Positions 13,965 through 23,432 of a stretch of DNA of 64,000 bases are shown here, one piece after another. Under the pieces are notes generated by a model that was not told the origin of the DNA, ran no database searches, and worked only from the letters and a program-made list of their open reading frames with translations. The DNA is from Phyllobates terribilis (taxonomy: Eukaryota): contig NW_027362768.1 in the NCBI RefSeq assembly GCF_046119375.1, positions 158,596,001-158,660,000 on the forward strand, written 5' to 3'. The first letter of the stretch is position 1. Each line of letters starts with the position of its first letter. Position numbers and translations under genes: made by a program.

Positions 13965-14320
13965 GATGATGTCACAGCTCACCTCCTCCTCCTGTACAAT
14001 GACTGATAACACAGGATCCACCATTCACAATACGTGATATCACAGCTCACCTCCTCCTCCTTTACAATGACTGATGATATCTACTATATATACATTATCT
14101 ATTGGGAAAAGAAGGATCCTGTGTTATGTACTATATAGAGGTGTTATCAGTCATTGTACAGGAGGAGGGGGTGAGCTGTGACATCACCTATTGTGAATGG
14201 TGGATCCTGTGTTATCACCCCCCTCCTGTACAATCACTGATATTACAGGCCCCACCATTCACAATAGGTGATGTCACAGCTCACCTCAGCCTCCTCCTGT
14301 ACAATGACTGATAACGCCTA
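13965..14320. repeat. Foldback repeat cluster (GTCACAGCTCACCTCCTCCTCCTGTACAATGACTGATAAC in both orientations)
   Basis: Direct copies at ~13971, ~14040 and ~14273; inverted copy at ~14141-14205. Confidence 0.7.
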
Positions 14321-15325
14321 TATATACAGTATTTTTTTTTTTTAAAACATAGTTATATAAAAATTAAACATGATCAAAATTGGGGAAAAAAATTATAATG
14401 AAATCCTGACTATAACCTAAATTGACTATCATCAGGCAGAAAAATCAGACCATGCAATATTACTAAAAGTTTTATTCCTTAGAAAATGTATAAAAAAGTA
14501 TTCTGTACACTGGGTCCAGATTACTGATTTAGCTTATGTAAAATGGGTTAGAATACAAGTCTGTGATTTAATATAAAATATAAGCTGTATAACATATAAA
14601 ACCGATACAAGGCATCATTAGGCCTCTGCAGGGGTTGAAGGTGCAGCCGTCGCCTGCTCCGATGTGCAATATAACGTACGTAGACGTCAGCGCAGAACTA
14701 TTGGAGGATTCATTGTTGTTTCATGTTTTTATCGTAGGACCAGGGGGGCTCATGCAGCTCACAGCACAAATCTTTGTGCCCCCCTAGACGTGTAGCCTCT
14801 ATAAAACAGGAGTGTCATTGATCCTGCAGAAGGAGGACACACGGACAATTGCCATGGTCCAGCCTTCTATAAAAATGCTTCATCCTTGATCTGCAATTTC
14901 ACAATAAACCAGATTTCAATTCTTCATAGTTTACAAGATCTCTTGCTGTCAGTAAATGGAAACATTCTTAGGCTAAACATCCGGTCCTGTTGTATTCCTC
15001 CTTACTGCTAAGATTTTCTACAATTGTATCCAGTGTGAACAATCATCAGTGATGGCAATAACCCACATGTCGGGGCAATAACTTTTTCTCCCAATGATAC
15101 AGTGTGACAAACAAGGAGGAGACAGTGACAGGTTCTCCCATGTGAGCAGGACAAGGAAAGGACTGATGTGACTCTTCATTTAAACAATAAAGTCAATTCA
15201 CTGACAGCAAGCAACGCATGGATATTAGACTAAGGTTGGTTGAACTCGCTAATATTGTCAGGATCGTCTGACAGTACATGTGAGCCACAGTCTGTTAGAA
15301 AGTTGCAGACTTGAAACATCCAGGA

Positions 15326-18300
15326 TCATTTCTTGACAGCAGCTTTGAAGAAGCTCTGTATAGACCTCTGCTTGCTGTCCATCTTGGCTTTCCCAGCGGG
15401 TAGTTGGATGTCACTTATGTCCTTCTTCCTTTTTCTAGACTGAAAGATGAAGAATAAAAGTCTGTTAATAAAAAAAAAATAAAAAAAGATGCAGTAACAC
15501 GAGGTGTGCGTCCACTCACCGGCTCCGCTCCACCGCTCAGTAACTTGTGACTCTCGCAGAACTTCAGAATCTGGAAAGGCAGAAGTGACAATGTGACACT
15601 AAGCCTGCAGGCCGTCAGAGCTCTAATTATGGTGCAGCTAACACAATCTATTGCTCCCTGTTATCAGTTATTTCAGAAGCTGAATTGAAAAAAAAAGAAA
15701 AATAGAATATAATAGAGCAGCCATAGCAGAATTCTGGCTGTGGTTTGTCTTGATAAAAAAGTTTGTAACTTCGAAACGCGTTGACTAATACTTATTGATT
15801 ATTAACCAACTCATTCCAGTTCTGAAGAATTCTGGCCCCGACTCATTAGGACTGACATTTTGAACATCAGTCTTAATAAAAGGCAGTGCTGGAGAAGGAT
15901 GCATCAAATCCATTAAGAAGCACTTGCCTCTTCTATAAATTTGGCGAATCTTTAAAATGTTGTGCAACATTGCCAGAGATGCACACGTCACGGGAGCGCT
16001 TAGCCAGGTCATGCCATCACTGGGGTCTGACATCTGCCAAACTTGATAATGAATGGGCTGCAGTACAGATTCATTGATAGGTCCCCTTCTCAGTTTCGGC
16101 ACAGCGCTCCGGGAGAAGTTGTATAGCACAGAAGTAGCGCTGCGGCCCCTTCAATCTGAGGATCAGTGGGGTCCCAGAGCATTTATTATGTGATGGCATG
16201 TCCTAGTAATAATGATGGAGCTATCCTTTAACTACACTACAGTTTTTTAGCAATTTCTATTACTGTTTTTGCAGTTTTAATTATTTTTTATTCTCCATTT
16301 ATATATATGGCTACTTTGAAAGTCCTGGGGTTTTAGTTCCACCTCTATCAGCGCTGCAATATCCAGGCTCGGCTCAGTGAAGGGGCTATTTGATCCCCAG
16401 ATCTATTCTCAGATCACAGGAAACCCAATACAAGTCTGAACTAGATGTGAGTGTTGAAGACCACCACATGTACCAATTGGATTACTAGAAGGCAGAAATT
16501 TCCAGAATATACCTTTTTCATGGCGGTAGGGACGGCGGACTCCATAAATTGTGTCCTGGTGACCCAGCGCATTGCTGAACCCTCCGCATCCTGAACCTTC
16601 GCAGAAACACTGTGTAAGAAGTAGACCAGGTACGTCTGGTTGATATGGGAGAAGATGTGGATGACCTGCCAGGGAGAAGAACTGACTATTACAGTCCTCT
16701 CCTGATCATGTGATACTGGACCTGTATATGTCACCCTACAAATGGGGCTGCTTTTTAGGCCATGTTCACACGTTCAGTATTTTACATCAATATTTGTAAG
16801 CCAAAATCAAGAGCGGAAAGTATAATAGAAACACGTCACCATTTTTCACCAGATTCTGGCGTTGGCTTACAAATACTGAACGTGTGAACGGGGCCTTATA
16901 GGAAAACTTTGGTAAAAATTTATTTAAAAAGTTTTACCATAATAATTTTTCTGCATTGTTTCCAAGCAGCACCCCATGGTTAATGTCCTTCTTACCTCCC
17001 CGACAAGCTGCAGATCCTTTACAGAAACCTCACAGCTGCTCAGCTCCTGGAGACGGCCGCACAGAATATCCTCCCGTTCCTTCTCAGTGAGCGTCTTCTC
17101 TGACAGCATGCTAGGAAACTCCCACATCCCAGCCAGGAGCCCTGCACAGGATACGGCGGTCAGTGCGAGTGCTGAGACATTGTACAAAGCAGAGAATCAC
17201 AATCCATCACCTTTCTGGGGTCTCTGAACCAGTAAATATTCCGCGTCCCCCAGTTCTCCGGGTCGCTCCCACACACACGTCACAGTTTGCTCTTCTCTTG
17301 ATGGCTTCTTTGTAGATTTGCGGGGGTAGTTGGCCACTCCGAGGCTGCGGTCCCACTGATCACTGGGCTGTATACAGAGTGGACAGGAGGTGACTGCTGC
17401 AGAGGAACAGATCTGTTACAATGGGTCAGTCACAGATCACTAGTTATTATTGGTGTATAAGTCAGTGGCGCCATCTTGTGGCTCTGCAGCGATTGCAATA
17501 CTACAACTCCCAGTTTCTTGGTTTTGCAGTAGCTGAAGAGCCACAGGTTGGAAACCACTGGTATAAAAGGTACAAGCGATTCCTGGTGTCACCCAACAAC
17601 TAAACCACAGGCCTGTACCCAGCCTCATGGATTTACGCACTCCTATGGGGGCACATTTTTGCAAACTGCATAAAGGAAAAAATTCCCATTTTGCTCCATC
17701 AGATGCCGTATTCAGGACCGCTACATAAGGCAAAGTATTAAAAGAACCTGTAATTTCTCCACACTCACCACACTCCTCAATGTCGGAGATGAGGCCGGTG
17801 TGAGTGTTAGCTCTTCTGTTCACGAGATTATTGCGGGAGGATGCAGAATCCAGCTCCACCTACAAGACATAATGCAGGATACCAATGGCATTGTCTGGTA
17901 TAAAAGTCCTAATTACACAAAATGTTCAGGACATTGTGGCTGCAGGAGTCTCGTCCCTCTCGGAGACGCGGCACTGCAGGAAAACTGAACACTTTTCACC
18001 AAGGTCTTTCTAGATTACCGCAGATCATTTGGGATCCCATTAGCACACACTATGATTTGCTTATTGCAAGAGACCATTCTAACATAAAAGGGAACAGCCT
18101 TCAATGGTGTTCTTGAACTCGGGATGTACATGTGATGCAGGGACAATGACTGAAGACGATCCATCTCACCTTCCTGTACGCCCTGCAATGGCTCTGTACT
18201 GGACATTCACTGCACAATGCTTTTTTTGGTGTGCAGACCATTGCTCCCAGCTCCATCATCGCCTGGTTAAAATCTCCCGGCCGATCGGTATCAACAAGAT

Positions 18301-21300
18301 TATTCGCCAAATTCCTTAGGAGTATAAAACATTAATAAGTGTTATTCTCCCTCTACATTATTGGCCCCATTCAAAGAAAAGTTCTCCAACTTTCTAAAAG
18401 ACTTTGGATTCGAGCTTCTGAATGTGAGCAAAGGCTTAATTCTGTCTACTGACAGCAATCGGAGGTCTTGAAAATAATGATGAAGTTGGACTATTAGAAA
18501 GTGGCAGAAGTTTTGTTTAATGCTGCAGAACTCACCAAAGAGAATCGGTGACGGCTGGGGAGGTAAAATCGGCTCCAATGCAGCGGAGGCGGCAGAGAAC
18601 TCGGATGACGTTTCCATCTACGACGCCAGTAACCTGGGGAAAGGAAAAATAGAAAGACTAGGCCGGTTGTTCTGGGGAGGCCATGAGCCGGAGTCCCCTG
18701 TGCTGTGGCGGCTGGGGCTTACCTGCCCATAGGAGATAGAAGCCACTGCCCCGGCGGTGTACCTGCCCACCCCTGGCAGCAGCTTCTGTAAGTCTTCCGC
18801 AGTCCGAGGCATCCGACCCCCAAACTCCCGCACAACCTGGAGGTAGAAGAAGCCAAGGCGTGATCGAATATGGACCAAACCATTCAACTCACTTATTTTT
18901 TTTAAAATAAGTTTAGAAGGGGTATTCCCATCTCCAAGATCCTATCCCAATATGTAGTATGTGTAATAATAATAATAGTATTAGCAAATACAGAAATGTA
19001 GTATAGTTCTTCTGATTAGCTATGTCACTTATCTTATGTGCAGGACATTGCAGTAGCTTAGGTATCCATGGTTACGACCATACACATAGTGACAGTTAGT
19101 TGCTAGTGGTCATAACCGTGGATACCTTAGCTACTGCACTGCCCTGCACATAAGGTAAGAGACATAGCTAATCAGAAGAACTATACTACATTTCTGAGGA
19201 GGTGCTTGGTAAGACTATTATTACTACACCTACTACATATTAGGATATGATCTTGGAGATGGGAATAAGTAGTATGGACGCCTTCCACAAACCTTCTGAG
19301 CTCCTTCATGCAGCCGCCGTCCTCGGGAGTAATACCCCAGACCCGACCACTTTTGATTCACCTCCTGGTGGGGAGTAAGTAACTAGTTAGAGCATTTCCT
19401 ATTCCCATAAAATCTTTAGTAAGTAGAAGTCGTCCTCTTCTGTCATGTGTCCTCATCTTGCTTTCCTGGAGTCCTGAATGGCAGATCTGAACTTCTGCAT
19501 ACATTCTAGTTCTGCCCTTCAGAAGCCTGGGAAAGCTGGGTGACAACCTGTGCGGAATAAGGAATGGCCGTATAGAATTACAGATGGGAAAGGAAAATGA
19601 TAAAAAGTACAAAGATAAAAGGTAAACCTTCTGTAGATTGCATTGGGCTGTGAAATCATTGGACGTAGGATCCTGCAGAGCATCGCACCTGGTGTACTGA
19701 TACAATGTAACACACAGACGGCCCCGGTCACCTACCTCCAGTGATGCCATCGCCAGATCCTGAACCGTCGGCCACGTCTGCAGGACAAACACCCAGAAGT
19801 GTTAGTGGAAGAGATACTTTAAGGGACAAAAAAATGTTTCCGTAATCCCCTCCCCCCAGTTCTCCGTCACCTTCATCCACCTGGTGTAGTAGTCGATGAC
19901 TGTGGACACCTGCGTCTGCTGCAGCATCACCTCCGACACCCAAACTGAGAAGAGGGGGGACATGGGGTCATCACAAGAGGACAAGAAAACCGGACAACCG
20001 GCCGTGGTATAAGGGGCCGGGATCAGCCTGGAGATTATACAGTGCCGGAGCGTTATAAGATGAGCAGCTGCTATCAGAGACATATGATGGAAATATCCAT
20101 GGACCTTCCCAAAACACAATGGCTGATAACAGAGAGCAATTGATTATATCCACTTGTCCTAAAGTTAATTTTTCCCCAGAGAATAATTGCTGATAAAAGA
20201 GGCAAAAACATACATTTACCTGTCCTACAGTCAGCCTCTGCCTGTACTTACCTGCCTTACAGGCTAAAAAAGCTGATAACAGAAAACAACAGATCTCAGG
20301 GAATCACCTGAATATGCTCTGCGGTTCAAGTCTGTTTCTGCACTGGCCTAAACCACAAAAGACATCTATTAGTGTCATCCAGACATCTCTACACAGAAAA
20401 TCACAAGCAGCAGAATAGCGAGTACAGCTCTGGAGTATAATACAGGATGTAACTGAGGATCAGTACAGGATAAGTAGTGTAATGTATGTACACAGTGACT
20501 GCACCAGCAGAATAGTGAGTGCAGCTCTGGAGTATAATACAGGATGTAACTCAGGATCAGTACAGGATCAGTAATGTAATGTATGTACATAGTGACTGCA
20601 CCAGCAGAATAGTGAGTGCAGCTCTGTAGTATAATACAGGATGTAACTCAGGATCAGTACAGGATCAGTAATGTAATGTATGTACACAGTGACTGTACCA
20701 GCAGAATAGGGAGTGCAGCTCTGGAATATAATACAGGATGTAACTCAGGATCAGTAATGTAATGTATGTGCACAGTGACTGTACCAGCAGAATAGGGAGT
20801 GCAGCTCTGGAGTATAATACAGGATGTAACTCAGGATCAGTACATGATCAGTAATGTAATGCATGTACACAGTGACTGCACCAGAAGAATAGTGAGTGCA
20901 GCTCTGGAGTATAATACAAGATGTAACTCAGGATCAGTACAGGATAAGTAATGTAATGTATGTATATAGTGACTGCACCAGCAGAATAGTGAGTGCAGCT
21001 CTGCAGTATAATACAGGATGTAACTCAGGATCAGTACAGGATCAGTAATGTAATGTATGTACACAGTGACTGCAGCAGCAGAATAGTGAGTGCAGCTCTG
21101 GAGTATAATACAGGATGTAACTCAGGATCAGTAATGTAATGTATGTACACAGTGACTGCACCAGCAGAATAGTGAGTGCAGCTCTGAAGTATAATACAGG
21201 ATGTAACTGAGGATCAGTAATGTAATGTATGTACACAGTGACTGCACCATAAGAATAGTCAGCGCAGCTCTGGTTGGGATACTAAAGCACTTCAGTCTCG

Positions 21301-21568
21301 TACCAGTCTCCGCCATGGCAGGTCTCGCTTGCATCGGTCGTACCAGGTGAGGAGTTCCTTCCTCAGGGTGGCCGTCTCCTCTGAGGTAAATATATGGTAT
21401 GGAGAATGATGGCGTTTGGGCTCTGCAGACAGAACACACAGTGTGAATCCCTGTCCGCTGACATAGTGGTCCCCTCTCTCACTCCTCCGCCATCTCACCT
21501 CTGGTCTTCTGTTTGCTTGGGGAGGTCGGCTTCGTCTTTGCGGGACGTTTTGTGGCTGATCGGCCCAT
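15326..21568 (-). CDS. MUTYH: Adenine DNA glycosylase MutY homolog (15 coding exons, 1515 nt, 504 aa)
   Basis: Exons, minus strand, all GT-AG with consistent phase: 21499-21568, 21304-21422, 20308-20347, 19871-19944, 19736-19777, 19293-19364, 18723-18836, 18536-18633, 18170-18314, 17769-17859, 17211-17396, 16996-17141, 16513-16665, 15520-15570, 15326-15439. Motifs: [12 protein letters not shown], Hh[16 protein letters not shown], 4Fe-4S C-x6-C-x2-C-x5-[14 protein letters not shown] loop and a C-terminal PIP box (QRSIQSFF). Confidence 0.96.
15744..15788 (+). ncRNA. Minimal type-I hammerhead-ribozyme-like motif (probably a decayed Penelope/retrozyme remnant)
   Basis: TTTGTC-TTGATAA-AA-AAGTT-TGT-AACTT-C-GAAAC-GC-GTT-GACTAA: stem I with 5 of 6 pairs, U3/A8 core variant, 5-bp stem II, GAAA, palindromic CGCG stem III and a GUU cleavage triplet. 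Confidence 0.5.
16758..16895. mobile_element. Harbinger-type MITE in a MUTYH intron
   Basis: TTA-GGCCATGTTCACACGTTCAGTATT ... AATACTGAACGTGTGAACGGGGCC-TTA. Confidence 0.85.
18918..19267. mobile_element. T2-like foldback MITE in a MUTYH intron
   Basis: Arms TATTCCCATCTCCAAGATCCTATCCCAATATGTAGTA / TACTACATATTAGGATATGATCTTGGAGATGGGAATA, plus inner inverted blocks. Confidence 0.8.
20410..21270. repeat. About 97-bp dispersed satellite, array in a MUTYH intron
   Basis: Unit GTGACTGCACCAGCAGAATAGTGAGTGCAGCTCTGGAGTATAATACAGGATGTAACTCAGGATCAGTACAGGATCAGTAATGTAATGTATGTACACA, about 9 copies, some shorter variants. Confidence 0.93.
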
Positions 21569-21859
21569 TCTGTGAGGATGGGAATAATTGGTCATACTGG
21601 TAATTATTCTAGAAGGCGCACTACAACTCCCAGCATGTCACACTGACTCTACATTGCTGCTGTCACTGTAAAATTACTATTTACAGTGAAACTCCATTGA
21701 TGCAGCAGGCGCTAGATTAGCAATTATTCCTGATGCTCACAGGAATTCCAACATGGACGCCTGCGACTGTTTAAGTGGACAGAAGGGAAAAAAGCTGCTC
21801 AGCGCCATCTCTAATATAGAGCTATCAATTCAATCAACTTTATCCCTAATAAACACAGA

Positions 21860-22250
21860 ACAGCAAAGCACGTGGCAGGATGCGTGCAACTACTGCTGAC
21901 CACGTGACTCCTACCTGCACAGCATTACTATTACTATCGCTTTTTTTTAAAAATATATATTCTACGTCATCACAAGGCGCCAAAAAACAGAACGGTCAAT
22001 GTAATAACGGTCTACTCACTGCTCTGTGATCTCCGCGCTGCCCGAAACACAAGGACACACCCTCTCTGTCTTTCCTATATCTTGATTGGCCCTGGCAGGT
22101 CAGAGGGCAGAGCTAAAGTATGACTGATGTGTTCATCGTCCAATAACGAGGCGCAGTAGTTTTATCAGCAAGAACTACGTAATCTTACGTCATTAGCATG
22201 CGCCGGAAGTGATGCAGTGTTAGTCGGGAAGCTGAAGCTTTATGTGAGGT
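21860..22250. promoter_or_regulatory. Probable MUTYH/TOE1 bidirectional promoter
   Basis: Head-to-head genes. CACGTG at 21869 and 21901, CRE half-sites ACGTCA at 21964 and 22187, oppositely oriented CCAAT boxes (ATTGG 22085-22089, CCAAT 22140-22144) and ETS site CCGGAAGT at 22203-22210. Both start codons sit just after splice acceptors, implying upstream exons in this interval. Confidence 0.7.
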
Positions 22251-22339
22251 TTATGGTGGGTGTTTTCTTTCAGACATTGATAAATCTTTACGAGTATTTA
22301 TATCTTGTGTAGAGACACGTGGAGCCGTGAGACGCTCTG

Positions 22340-23390
22340 CAGCCCCCGGCCTTACTACTCCTCCCCCTGCTGCAGCCCCCCGGCCTCACTACTCCTCCCC
22401 CTGCTGCAGCCCCCCGGCCTCACTATTCCTCCCCCTGCTGCAGCTCCCCGGCCTCACTATTCCTCCCCCTGCTGCAGCTCCCCGGCCTCACTATTCCTCC
22501 CCCTGCTGCAGCCCCCCGGTCTCACTATTCCTCCTCCTGCTGCAGCCCCCCCGGCCTCACTATTCCCCCCCCCTGCTGCAGCCCCCCGGCCTCACTATTC
22601 CTCCCCCTGCTGCAGTCCCCCGGCCTCACTATTCCTCCCCCTGCTGCAGCTCCCCGGCCTCACTATTCCTCCCCCTGCTGCAGCTCCCCGGCCTCACTAT
22701 TCCTCCCCCTGCTGCAGCCCCCCGGTCTCACTATTCCTCCCCCTGCTGCAGCCCCCCCGGCCTCACTATTCCCCCCCCTGCTGCAGTCCCCCGGCCTCAC
22801 TATTCCTCCCCCTGCTGCAGCTCCCCGGCCTCACTATTCCTCCCCCTGCTGCAGCTCCCCGGCCTCACTATTCCTCCCCCTGCTGCAGCCCCCCGGTCTC
22901 ACTATTCCTCTCCCTGCTGCAGCCCCCCCGGCCTCACTATTTCCCCCCCCCCCCCCTGCTGCAGTCCCCCGGCCTCCCTACTCCTCCCCCTGCTGCAGCC
23001 CCCCCGGCCTCACTATTCCTCCCCCTGCTGCAGCCCCCCCGGCCTCACTATTCCTCCCCCTGCTGCAGTCCCCCGGCCTCACTATTCCTCCCCCTGCTGC
23101 AGTCCCCCGGCCTCACTATTCCTCCCCCTGCTGCAGCCCCCCCGGCCTCACTATTCCTCCCCCTGCTGCAGCCCCCCCGGCCTCACTATTCCTCCCCCTG
23201 CTGCAGCCCCCCCGGCCTCACTATTCCTCCCCCTGCTGCAGCCCCCCGGCCTCACTATTCCCCCTCCTGCTGCAGCCCCCCTGGCCTCACTGGTCCTCCC
23301 CCCTGCTGCAGCCGCTCCCCTGCTCCCCCCTGGCCTCACTGGTCCTCCCCCTGCTGCAGCCCCCCCTCCCTGGCCTCACTGGTCCTCCCC
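22340..23390. repeat. About 34-bp C-rich minisatellite (CGGCCTCACTATTCCTCCCCCTGCTGCAGCYCCC), about 30 copies, TOE1 first intron
   Basis: Period 34 (22449 to 22483) with variable C-run length; ends about 35 bp before the acceptor at 23426. Confidence 0.95.
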
Positions 23391-23432
23391 CTGTGCTCAT
23401 TTGTAATGTTTTTCTGTATTTCTCAGGTGAAG

